Shown here: piece by piece, positions 29,841 to 42,140 of the stretch
Layout: every line of letters begins with the position of its first letter
Position numbering within the stretch: the stretch's first letter is position 1
From: Octopus vulgaris
Taxonomy: Eukaryota
Length of the DNA: 64,000 nt
NCBI GenBank assembly: GCA_951406725.2
Contig: OX597816.1
Location: 76,446,001 to 76,510,000 of the forward strand
Reading direction: 5' to 3'
The notes under the pieces: model-generated
Told to the model about the DNA's origin: nothing
What the model saw: only the letters and a program-made list of their open reading frames with translations
The model's database searches: none
Position numbers and translations under genes: made by a program

Positions 29841-30519
29841 AATAATAGAACCAAAGATACATAAACCTATAGGAGAGATATAAATTTATATAAAAATATA
29901 TTTTAAAAAATACGTATAAAAATCACATATAAATAAGGATTACATCTAAAAAGTTATGCATGATAAATATAGGAGGCACAAAACGAATGAGTGGTTGATA
30001 AATAGAGGAATAAAAATGTCAATCTTCAAAATGGCAGACCACCTAAATCGTCTAAAATTTCTCCTACATGTGAGATATGAGATAAAAGTTACATATACGA
30101 GCTGTAGATCATTTTATTAGGAAATTTTGATTCTGCTTATCAGTATGATGGCAGCCACCAAGGAGTACATCATCTTAATGATGGGAACATTACATACATG
30201 GAAGTTTTAATTTTTTAACCCTAACCGGTAATGTACCCTGAAACGGCCGTAGATGGAACATCCTCCTATTTTTCGGATCCTTTTTACTTACTGTTCTTAA
30301 CCTTGTTATCTTGTGTCATTTTTATCTCATATCTTAGTTGTAGTTGAAATTTTAGTCGATTTAGGCGGTCCGCCATTTTGAAATTTGACATTTTTATTCC
30401 AATACTTATCAACTTTTTACATGGAATCCTTATTTATATGTGATTTTATATGTATTTTTATATATTTTACATGCTATTATATCTCTCCTATATTTTTATG
30501 TATGTTTGGTTTTATTCTT
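29841..30519. repeat. Long foldback (29841-30097 / 30310-30519) enclosing a degenerate hammerhead
   Basis: aaaaatgtcaatcttcaaaatggcagaccacctaaatcgtctaaaattt pairs with aaattttagtcgatttaggcggtccgccattttgaaatttgacattttt; pairing extends outward. Confidence 0.8.
30161..30264 (+). ncRNA. Degenerate type I hammerhead
   Basis: catc-TTAATGA (mutated CTGATGA)-gggaacattac...gtaatgtaccc-GAAACGGCCGTA-gatg. Confidence 0.5.
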
Positions 30520-31152
30520 TAAACCTTTGGAGAATCTTTACTCCTATACATGCATGATTTGATGTGTATAAATATATATGATTCAATTACATTGATTGAA
30601 TATTTTCATTTATGTGTTCAGGAATTTGGATTTGCGTTTTCATTTTTCTCTACTTTGTATTATTTCACATTGGCTCTCTACGAACACTTCGCAATATAGT
30701 GCATATTTTCTAACATACTTAATATTTTATATATAAAACAGGCTAAAGACAAAATACAGAAAAATGTGTGAAAAATAAGCAATAAGCTCTGTCTTTTCTA
30801 GTAAATGTGCGTATATCGACGTGTGCATGAAATTTCTTGTGCGCGTTTGTGTGTGCGAGCGTGTATGCGGGTATGTATATATTTTTGGCGAATGTGTGGA
30901 TGAGCGTTTTTGTGTCTCAAGTGAGGGTGGATGAGTATATACTTTTACATGTACGTGGGTGTGCGGGCGCGCATGTGTGTGTATGGAAATGCCCGCTTAC
31001 GCGAATACTATGAACGTTTTTACTCCCTTACCTTTACTTCCTCCCCTCCATTAGCGGTCATTCCAATAGCTCTTTTGTTTTAATAATAGTCAATCACATA
31101 GTAATCTCCCTTTGTTTAACGGTCATTGTCATTGAATTTTTTTCGATGGCCC

Positions 31153-31213
31153 GATAACTGAAGAGATGGCAGCGTGGGTTTCCGCCCCGACATCCAAAAC
31201 TCGGAGTTTTATC
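31153..31213 (+). ncRNA. Hammerhead motif (GAAA mutated to AAAA)
   Basis: gataa-CTGAAGA-gatg...catcc-AAAACTCGGAGTT-ttatc; same family as 41193-41253. Confidence 0.6.
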
Positions 31214-31248
31214 ATGGCTACCGAATAATTGTCACATATTATATTTAC

Positions 31249-31310
<62 letters not shown>

Positions 31311-31795
31311 AGTATGCTATAGAAAGTATGGGCTATTTACGGAGTGCTCGTTGAGAGCCAATCTGAAATGATTCAAAGTAGAGAAAAATGGAAACGCAAA
31401 TCCGTGGCAGTCAATCAAGTTCCTGAACATATAAAAACAGCATGGCTTGGAAGGTAGCCAGCACTATAGTGGCATGAAAATGGGTAGAAGCCGAAAGAAT
31501 CCACTGCAACGACATTTACGAGGCTCACAGATCTGGAGGCCAACCCTAAATGCCAGTTGCTAGTGTTGACCGGGAAAATGTCAGTGGTGATGCATTGGAT
31601 GACGTCCCATTTCTTTGGGGGACAATGCCTATCCCATTTGTCAGCTGAGGCCATGAGGCGGTCTGAATTACAGGAAATCGAGAGAATGCAAGAATTTCGT
31701 ATTTTAATTCACATTAAATATTTTTAGCAGGTTAAAAGGTTAAAAATTTGAATGTACCGGGTTGTATAAAAGTTTCCAAAATTCTTTTGAACCTG

Positions 31796-31842
31796 TTAGT
31801 TAGTTGGTTGGTTTGTTGGTTGGTTGGTTGGTTTCTTTGTTG

Positions 31843-31902
<60 letters not shown>

Positions 31903-31936
31903 TTTAGTTATTTAGTTAGATAGGTAGTTAGATAGT

Positions 31937-32010
<74 letters not shown>
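31796..32010. repeat. (TTGG)/(TAGT)n/(TAGA)n compound microsatellite
   Basis: Direct reading. Confidence 0.9.
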
Positions 32011-32011
<1 letters not shown>

Positions 32012-32707
32012 CTTAATCAGACATATACATTTATTATTGTATAAATATCGTGTGTGTTTCGAGATAAGTAGAAGTTGTAATGAATATACATAAGGATTTC
32101 TGATTATATGGGGTTTGTATAAGTAATAGCAGGGTGACACAAAGAGAGAGAGAGAGAGAGAGAGGTGGGAGAAGAAAGAGAGGGAGAGAGAGAAAATGTG
32201 AGCCAGACAAGCAGACATAAAGATAAAACCCGTAGATTAAGCCCATTTAAATTATCGGAATTCTTTGACGAAACAATCTGTTATTTAAATAAATAGTCTC
32301 AACGTACATTTAATTTTGCATCATGCCTATTTTTACTAGCGGTATACCAAATGTTGCTCAAACTGAAAAGTAGCCGTAAATAAACCAGAATCGTTTCGAT
32401 GAATATATTTTCTGTGCCGGAAATCAAATTATTTCTGTGCTGTACTGCAGACTGTTTTCAAAATTAACAATCAATGTCATAATTTAATTCTATGCATGAC
32501 ATATTTAATTGAAGCATATTAGGAAAAGGAAATGAAGTAAACATGAAAGCAGTTTTATTACATTAGAATTTGTAACTGTCAAAAGTCTGTAATTCTTTAA
32601 AATAATTTGAAAAATCAGTGGAAATCGGAGCATTTCAGATGTGAAACATTTATGTAAATATGACCATTCTTTTAACACAGGAAAATCGGACGCGTAGAAG
32701 AAAACCA

Positions 32708-33123
32708 GGATCTTTTCGGTTTGAACGGCAGTTTTTTCTAGCGGTGTCATATGAAATTGTCACCCATAATTATGACCCTAGTATCGATCTATTGCATTTC
32801 AATCTATTTTAGGGTTAGGGTTATGGTTAGGGGGAAGGGTATCTTTTTTTCTTCACAAATGTAAATAAACCCAATCTGTTTCTTAAACGAGGGACATATT
32901 CATACGGCACAGAATGTTTTTTGTTACCTCAATGGACGTCAGTGATTGGTTGAAATTGCAGAAATTGAAGAAAAAAACAAATATCTTACAAACTATAGAA
33001 TTTTCTCAATAAAGCCAAGAGAAAAAGATGTTTTATAAACACATTCTACCAGTATACGAAGTTTTAAATTTTTTAGTTACCTAGAAATTATGTTAAAAAC
33101 TGCCATTCAAACCGAAAAGATCC
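32708..33123. mobile_element. MITE, ~30-bp TIRs, 8-bp TSD (Merlin-like), copy 1
   Basis: ggatcttttcggtttgaacggcagttttt ... aaaaactgccattcaaaccgaaaagatcc; TSD gaaaacca on both sides; internal ttaggg. Confidence 0.9.
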
Positions 33124-33777
33124 GAAAACCATACATTCTGATACTGAAACTTCAATACATGCAGCGTGAGACAACTGGTTTTAAAAATGTATGTCTCAGC
33201 TTATAGTAACTTCATGGAATTTTGAAAGTGTCTGTCACCATATTATGTCTATCGTTTCAGAAAAAGTGACATAAATAATGAGAATATAGTGGATTCCAAC
33301 ACTTCTTTATTCTACATAATTTGAACATGACCAAAGTAAGATTTCTCAAGATGCAGTCCAATAAATATTAATATTTCTTTTGGGAATTTAATGCGTGACA
33401 CAGCAAAACTTAGGCGTATTAAGCATTGAAGGAGGTTTCTAATTTCGAACTGGTATTAGCATGAGTGAAATTATAGATGTATTTAGAGCAGCACCTTGAG
33501 TGCATCCACTAAGAATATTATCATGATTATATTTGGCATACATTTATTTACCATTAGATTTAGGCCAATGTATATTGCCGGCTGATTAACGTTACCCAAC
33601 AGCATTAATAAGGGTCATTTTGTTGCTGAAAATTGTGAAACAGTAGCCTTCCAGTGAATTTTAACATCCTATAAGCTAGTGAATAACTTCATTAGGATTC
33701 ACAACAGTAGATACTAATTTGGAGACACCTGTAACATCTGCAAATTGACGGTGCCGACATTACGGTGTGGGGTGCGA

Positions 33778-33834
<57 letters not shown>

Positions 33835-33929
33835 AGCTCCAATATTTGGATGTGTGTGTTTCCTCTTTGTAATTTCACTTTTGTGAATTTTTCTCGCAAT
33901 CAAGGAAGCCGGACTTACAGCAATATCTT

Positions 33930-34995
33930 AATGCGACTATTTACCGGTGGTTGCATACCCAAGACATTTTTACACATTACGTCTGTTACTTATCACCATT
34001 ACGATTATTGGCTTCTTGGTCAATTTGAACAAGATGCTCTCATTCCTGACCCGTCCAGTTTTGTTGGTGCAATTATGCACCTTCAGTATATTGGCGGTCT
34101 CCTCTATATCATAAAGAATGGCCGCCACCAGTCAGCATACATTATTTCGGGGGACACCTCCCCAATTTTAATCTTCGTCACGCGCCAACCAAGGTATGTC
34201 GGCACGAGCAGTAATTCATCTGTTTTTAGGGGCACAGTGGAATGCTGTCTTGCTTCCTTCTCTGTAGCAAAATGCACTTCCACCGTGCCGAAACGCTTTC
34301 CTCTTGTCACACAGGGTTTGTTGGTCCAAATCGATCTGGGGGCCATTTCCAACTGTTGTTGGCTGGCTCGTTCTACTCTCTTCTTTTTGAAAACTCTGTA
34401 TATTACTGATTTTTGATCCGTCGCCTTTATTAATTCCTTAGGAGTGTTTAGGAAGGCATTGTTTCCTTCTTTCCTTAATAACTCCTTTGCATTTTGCAGT
34501 TCACTTTTTGTTAAATTCAACAACTCTTTTGTCTGCTCTGCTGCCGAGGCGAAACCGTTGTCGATAGATTTGCTGTTTATGTTTGCGGTGTCAGTGTCAT
34601 TGTTTTTTGTTTCTTTTCTTTCTTCCTCCTCTTTTTGGGGAACAATTTCTTGGTTTGCTATATTTTGTTTGTTGTTGGTGGTGGTGGCATAACTGCCCTC
34701 GTGATTGTACTGCTTAGAAGGGGAAATTTTGAATGTCAGAACAGCCATTGCCACTCTGCTCGACAGAAGAAGACATCTTATGTTTTTCGTGAAACAAAAA
34801 AACAAAATATTTTTTAAATGGACAAAATGTCCAAAATTCGCCCCTGAAAGGAGGAAATTTTGAACAAAAGAACCCCTTCTGTACACCAAAAGGGGTTCGA
34901 AAAACAAACCAACAAACAAAGAGTCAATAAACTTGAAAAATAACAACTAATTTCAAACTGACGGAGCTTAGAAAAATACGTCTTACCTCGACGAC
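33930..34995 (-). mobile_element. L1/Tx1-type LINE 5' relic (5' UTR plus ORF1)
   Basis: ORF 34104..34946 contains KRFGTVEVHFATEKEA...LLVPTYLGWRVTKIKIGEV, homologous to 4693..4914; 5' end gtcgaggtaagacgtatttttctaagctcc. Confidence 0.7.
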
Positions 34996-35777
34996 AACAA
35001 CGACAACTATAATAATAATAATAATATCTATAAGTGAAATGCTTTATGCAGATTCAATTCTAGTCGACAAAATTCAGTGAAAGCATGTAAGTCACTGATT
35101 AAATTGTTCTCTTCTAATAACATGCTTGGCATTGAACTCAGGACAAATAAGCCAATATATAAACGGTTGACGAAATGCATAAATTAGGAGGATTCATGAA
35201 TGGAATTACAAGTCCCAGTTGAAATAGATATAATTCATTCGGTATGATTGTACTTTGAATGAGTAGGTCACTATTTCAGCCTCATTCATTATTATATTGG
35301 CATGTATAAATTCCGAAGTTTCTAGGCAAACAGTATCGGAGAGCAAAAAGAGGATTGTTTGCTAATGCTCGATCTTCAAGAAATAGCAGCTTAATGTCTG
35401 TACCTACATCGAATTATTTTGTAAAAAGAAGAAAAAAATTAAATGATATATGATAATCTGGTTTTAGATAGATTGTTTTGAGAAAATGCAAAATTGATGC
35501 AGGCCAGAAATTTTTGATCATATTTTTGATATACGATAATAGTATCATTTATCATTGAGAAATGAATCTAATAGTAGGAAAGCGGTAAACTGTTATGGCA
35601 GTAGGTTATGGATTAAATATATGTAAATACTTTGCTCTGAGTTAAAGTATTGCTGGTGCCTACTCTTCGCTTTTGTTTTTGGTGCCGGTAAATAAAACAA
35701 GTATGAGCCTCTTGAAACTGAATTGCACCTTGTAGTAAATCGAAATAACACACAATCAGTATTATAAACTATTATAA

Positions 35778-35965
35778 AAGGCGGCGAGCTGGCAGAATCG
35801 TTAGCGCGCTGAGCAAAATGCTTACCGACATTTCTGCCGAGGTAAACTTAACTGTTCATCCTTTTGTGGTCGATGAAATAAGTACCAGTTGAACACTGGG
35901 GTCGACGCGCTTAACTCAACCCCTTCCCCGAAATTGCTGACCATGTGCCAAAAATTGAAACCAAT
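35778..35965 (+). mobile_element. SINE family B with internal deletion
   Basis: aggcggcgagctggcagaatcgttagcgcg...ggggtcgac. Confidence 0.8.
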
Positions 35966-35971
35966 CGTAGA

Positions 35972-36087
35972 AACTGCTAATGATATTGTGCAATATATTT
36001 ATTTCACTGATGCAATATTGAATGTAAACAACTGCTAATGATATTGTGCAATATATTTATTTCACTGATGCAATATTGAATGTAAAC
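35972..36087. repeat. Perfect 58-bp tandem duplication
   Basis: aactgctaatgatattgtgcaatatatttatttcactgatgcaatattgaatgtaaac x2. Confidence 0.95.
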
Positions 36088-37511
36088 AACGCTTTCCGAC
36101 GTTGTACTCTCTTCAAAAACATATCGATCTACAAAACGACACTGCAGTAATACTGATTTGAAGACATTTTTATACTAATAAAAATGCTTATCTTCCCTAT
36201 ACTATACATGTAGTTTGGAATAATTCAACTGTAAGAACAATATCCTATATTACTTAACACGCGTTAAGAAATACCACGGAAAATATGATATAATTATTTC
36301 AAATGTAAATGTGTGATGAAAGAACGAGTGCATAAAACAGGAAATGCATGTTCTACTTTCAGCATGGCATCCTTAATTGATATGAACAGCTATGGAATTA
36401 GTCGTGTCTGCAAGATGAGAGTGGACTTCCTTTCAAACTGACTTTAATACTTAGTTTTAACTATACGTTTAGAATATGTCAAGCGATGTTTATTGACTGA
36501 TGAAGTACATGTGATACTGATGTACTTATGATATTGTATATGCCGGAATGTTAAAATATATCTATACACGTTATTTCCTCTGCCGTTACATTCTAAGTTC
36601 AAATTCCGTCGAGGTCGATTTTGCCTTTCATCTATTGTCTGTCTGTCTTCGTGTGTCCCCTTCGTGGGCAATAAATAAATAAATAAATATATCTATACAC
36701 TTTTATATAGCAACATTATCGAATAAATCGTATACAATTTAAATTGTCGTACATTCAGATACGACAATAATTGTTTTTGAAAACATGCATACCATTCCCA
36801 GGGAGAACAAAGCAAGTTTCGTTTACAAAGATTTTGTTGTACTAGACATAAGAGAGCATGGTAGATTTTAATCATTAACATATGAGTATAAATTAAGGTA
36901 CACATTTTATCAATCCAAGCTAGTTGAAAATCTCGGGAGACGACGGTAGGATGCGAACTCAAATAGTAGCTTAATAAAAGTGAACATTTAAAGCACGCAT
37001 ACAGAATCCAAATTCTCTATTCCATTCCGAATCGTATTTAAATTTAATAAATTTGTTATTACATTCCATATCGTATTTAGATTTAAGTACTTTTTATTTA
37101 ATTTTTTAATCTATGTATTTTGATTTATAAAATCATGTAAAATTTTAATGATTTCTAAGAAGACAACAAATGTAATGAGTAAAACGAAAATATGTTACTC
37201 CAAAGACCCCCACCTGGACGGACTATGATATTTGATCCAGAACCGTTATAAAAGAAATAAAAACCAGTTCCTTCCTTTCTTTCCCTCTTTTTTTGTGTGT
37301 GTATTCTTTTTTCATTCTATCGAACATTTTTATGGAAGTTACCTTCAGAAATCTAGCGGACATGTATGCAAGTACATCCATATGTAATGCCAGAGCAGTA
37401 GAAGAATATGTGAAGACCTTACAATATTTTCTTTGTTCTTTTGCCTGATGGTTAAAAAATATTTCCTTTGCTTAGAGTTCCAGCCAATAATTACCAACCA
37501 TCACAGTACCA

Positions 37512-37929
37512 GGATCTTTTCGGTTTGAACGGCAGTTTTTTCTAGCGGTGTCACATGAAATTGTCACCCATAATTATGACCCTAGTATCGATCTATTGCA
37601 TTTCAATCTGTTTTAGGGTTAGCGTTAGGGGTGGGGGGAAGGGTATCTTTTTTCTTCACAAATGTAAATAAACCCAATCTGTTTCTTAAACGAGGGACAT
37701 ATTCATATGGCACATAATGTTTTTTTACCTCAATAAACATCATTGATTGGTTGAAATTGCAGAAATTGAAGAAAAAAACAACAAATATCCTACAAACTAT
37801 AGAATTTTCTCAATAAAGCCAAGAGAAAAAGATGTTTTATAAACACATTCTACCAGTATACGACGTTTAAAAGTGTTTAGTTACGTGGAAATTATTTAAA
37901 AAAAACTGCCGTTCAAACCGAAAAGATCC
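37512..37929. mobile_element. MITE (Merlin-like), copy 2
   Basis: Same TIRs and body as 32708-33123; TSD cagtacca/cagtaccg. Confidence 0.9.
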
Positions 37930-39220
37930 CAGTACCGTACAATCATCTATCTATTTTACAAACATCTTTAATCTTGTACCACTATGAAAAATCATTACAT
38001 AAGATTGTCGATATTATAAATTGATTTAGTGTGGAAACAAGATGAGAGATTATTAATTCCAGTCCTAAGCATAATAAGGGTAATAAGCGTACATTGGTCT
38101 AGAATATGAGACGACTTTTTACAAAACTAAAACTAAACAGAAACTAATAAAAAGTAATCGCCAATTGTTCCGTTTTATGTTAGGTTGTTAAGGTAATTTC
38201 TACAATGCCCGAAAATATTTGAAAGACACTAAAGAGAAGTAATTGATTAAGTGTTGCTTTATGAAGAGTAAAGCTAATTTTTAATTATGTCAGGGGTAGT
38301 ACTTACATATACAATTAAAACAAACTAGTCTTTTATCTACTCATTAATTTGAAAGAAACTTTCAGACGCAAAAATATTAGTATGTAATTAGCTGTAATTA
38401 CATTTCCCAGAAGGGCAATATTTAGTGGACATGGCAAACACCGGATAAAATGTTTCCTATACTTGAGGAACTGAGAAATTATATTCGATAATTAGCCTGA
38501 TTCTTGTCTCCGTTCGTCAAAAGTTTTGCATTCTACTTGTTGGTTTTCTATTAGAAGCTATGAATATCGATTATTTCCATGTCTGTGATTAGTCTAACTG
38601 AGAATATATATTGCTACACACCAGACATGAGGAGAATTTGTCTCTTAAAATAGAGCGCATTGCCAAAAGAAAAGTTGACTGTGACATACGAAGGAACACG
38701 GATCTGCTGTAGCATGCTGGCGGGGGGTTAGCTTTCTGGGTGACCCTTTCGGAGAACTATAGCAACGACTTGACTTCACACTACGCAGTTGAAACATTTC
38801 ATTCATTTAGAACTATAGACTCGGCGGGCGATGAGATTGTACAATGGTATTTATCTAAATCGTTGTTTATCTGCAGCTATGTAACCTGTGCGAGAAATAC
38901 TGAAGTTTATCATCGGTGCTGGTAATAAGACACATTATTACCAACACATCAACATTATTACATAACCGCCAAGACAGTTATATCTGTATTGTATCTAAAT
39001 TAAGAATCAACAAATTTCCCTTGATACTTTCCAGTCGATGTTAAGCCAAATAAAATCTGTGTAGTATCTTGAATATATGATCAGACCTCTCATAGATTCG
39101 CTTCTTATTAAAATGCTTTTATGCATCAATAACAGGCATTCTATCGCTGGTAGACAGGCGTGATAAATAGGTTTCATAGAAAAAAGATAAACATGAATCC
39201 AGTATATTATTTTCATATAT

Positions 39221-39255
39221 GAAGAGTTTACGAAAAAAACAAAAGACGAAGATAG

Positions 39256-39343
<88 letters not shown>

Positions 39344-39441
39344 TGTATGTATGTATGTATGTATGTATAACCGTTATACTAATACATGTTTGTTTTGTAC
39401 ACCACCTGTCTTCATCTTTTGTTTTTTTTCGTGAACTCTCG

Positions 39442-39442
<1 letters not shown>
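39221..39442. repeat. Inverted element termini enclosing (TA)n(TATG)n
   Basis: gagtttacgaaaaaaacaaaagacgaagataggtg pairs with cacctgtcttcatcttttgttttttttcgtgaactc. Confidence 0.8.
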
Positions 39443-39481
<39 letters not shown>

Positions 39482-40185
39482 TATATATATATGTATGTAT
39501 GTTTACAGCAACTACGAACAGCGTGGGAGTAACAATATACAATATTGCTTTAAGGCACGGACACATAGGTATATATCAAATCATTTACTAGCATATGTTG
39601 TCAGCAAATTGATACATACTGTTAAAGCTACATAAAAACACGTTCAAAATGGCACATAAATACACTAATCTCTTTAACACGCTCTCTTCTTGGCTTCTTT
39701 CGTCACTTGGAGAGCTATTTTAAAATTTCCTCTCACTCTTTTTAAAAATAGAAACTACATCCTTTGGTTTTCTTCATTTCTTTTCCCACTATCTGAAGAA
39801 AGGGAATGTCTGAATCGTAATATGCATTTTCTTCAATGTCAAGTTAGTAAAATTTTAAACATATAAAAGAAACCTCAAATGTTGCTCAGTAGTCGAAAAT
39901 GCTTTGAGGCAGTGTGATACATGTAGCCATCCTTTGTTTTCCTGATGATAGGCTTGCACGCATTTATTTCGTAGCGAAGTGCAACAAATGTTATAAGCTT
40001 TGTATTTTTTTAACACTTGTTACTTCAGCATTTTAGGAAAATCATATGTGCGTTCAGGTTACGAGTGTGGACTGTGTGAGGGATTCGAATGTATCAACGA
40101 ATTTGGTGTTTTAGTATGTTTAACAAGAAAATGGCGAGACAACCTTGGTAAAGTGGTGTAAAATGGAAGGAGTATGTGTATGTGA

Positions 40186-40225
<40 letters not shown>

Positions 40226-40244
40226 GTGTGTGTGTATGCGTGTA

Positions 40245-40340
<96 letters not shown>

Positions 40341-40475
40341 AATGGAGAAGATCCTGATCAATTCATCAATGAAAGATGTACCCATTCCAACTAGGGACCA
40401 CTACACTAAAGAGTTTATTTACAGAATGAACGAGTTTATACGCAGGATTAGATGGAAAGTATTCCACAACGATTA
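40341..40475 (+). mobile_element. Penelope-like element ORF N-terminus
   Basis: [41 protein letters not shown] resembles the S.K.IP.P...R.RWK start of PLE ORFs; truncated. Confidence 0.65.
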
Positions 40476-40630
40476 TCTTACTTATTGATGTATATTGTTT
40501 TATTCTGTCTTATTCTGTTGGATTTGGATGTTCCTATTTAATCTAAATAATTGGTTAATAAATTATATGAAGTGGTATTATCTGGAAGTCGATGATTGAA
40601 AGAAATCTATTCCTCCATTTTCTTATATTG

Positions 40631-40669
<39 letters not shown>

Positions 40670-40784
40670 TTCTGTCCCACTTTCTATGTGCCCTACTTCC
40701 AGTCATTTCAAAAATGTAACTACTCGTGAACGGTAGCCGATTATTTTCCTTCAGTGACCTTTCCTTTGGACTTTCCCATGTCTC

Positions 40785-40824
40785 TTGTGTCCGAAGAAGA
40801 GCTATGCTCGAAATATATAACAAC
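40785..40824 (+). ncRNA. Degenerate minimal hammerhead
   Basis: CCGAAGA-a-gagc tat gctc-GAAA-tatata. Confidence 0.45.
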
Positions 40825-40938
40825 CACTCCTTTCGTTCATTGAGCGTCTTATTAATACTTTATATGTGCTACGTCCTAACGTTGTTATTTGTTTCTTGAC
40901 TTTTTCTCCGTTTTATTGTAACTACATACATACATACA

Positions 40939-40974
<36 letters not shown>

Positions 40975-41023
40975 TATATATACATATATACACACAAACA
41001 CACATACACATACACACACATGC

Positions 41024-41089
<66 letters not shown>

Positions 41090-42140
41090 TGGTAAAAACG
41101 GTAAGATAACAAAAGAAAGAAAGAGACCTCAATATTATGTAAATAGAGGAAATTTACCTATAAAATAATATGTTACATTACTCAATAGTCAAGATAAAAC
41201 TCTGAGTTTCAGATGTCGAAGTGGAAATCCACAACACCATCTCTTCGGTTATCTGGCCATCTGAAAAACGCTATGGAAAAATACCGTTATACAAAAGGAA
41301 ATTACTGTATTATAATTCTGCTCGCGAACCCACGTGCGTACTTATACGTCACTATGAAAACGTACGCATCTTCACTCGCATTTTTCGCCAAATATATACG
41401 CATATATATACACACTCATACACACACACATGCGTACCGTAAAAGTTCATACATACGTCTATATACGCACAAGCACAAGAAAAACCATGGTTTTTCTTAT
41501 GCCCGCACACACGCACACATCTAAAACTGTCCACTCATACATATTCACACACGTGTACAAATGAATCTATATACACGTCTATATAGGCACAGGAGAAAAT
41601 GCAGGATAGAAAAGTACAGAAAAAATTATTATTTGTGAAAATATAAAAATATATGAAATCATAAAAGGTATAATGAGATAAAAAACTTTTTGGGACATAT
41701 CATAGAAAGCATGTCCTATCTGTTTTCTTTAGGGGACCAAAAACGTAACAAAAATTTAGTCACATTTGGGCATAATCCGAAAAGTTCTGTCTTTGAGTTT
41801 AGACATGAAGTAGGGTCTAAGCTGCTTTTCCAGATAAGCCATCTCTCCATGTCACATAGACCGCACCTTCCGCTGCCGTTAGTATAGGGCTTACATTTGG
41901 CCAAAATCTTCCAATGTATGTTATAATCGACACCTTTATCTTTTAAAGACCAAATATGATTAGATAATTTTGTCGCTTTTTTTTTTTGTTACAGTGCCTA
42001 AAACTCAAGGTGTGTAGCTGTGTACATAATCAATTGTGCTTGTGCGTATATAGACGTATGTATGAACTTTTACGGTACGCATGTGTGTGTGTATGAGTTT
42101 GTATATATATGCGTATATATTTGGCGAAAATTGCGAAGAA
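41090..42140 (-). mobile_element. 5'-truncated Penelope-like element: inverted partial pLTR, GIY-YIG tail, pLTR with hammerhead
   Basis: CKPYTNGSGRCGLCDMERWLI...CLNSKTELFGLC (41716..41904); 41381-41479 inverted at 42031-42138. Confidence 0.8.
41193..41253 (-). ncRNA. Hammerhead motif (CUGA mutated to CCGA)
   Basis: Minus: gataa-CCGAAGA-gatg...catct-GAAACTCAGAGTT-ttatc. Confidence 0.6.

Noticed and set aside
32809-32832. Interstitial telomere
   Set aside because: Only a few TTAGGG units, internal to a MITE and present in both copies.
34104-34946. Longest ORF (280 aa) as a host gene
   Set aside because: It is LINE ORF1 plus 5' UTR read-through, homologous to the relic at 4693-4914.
35972-36087. 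CRISPR-like direct repeats
   Set aside because: Only two adjacent units, no spacers, eukaryotic context.
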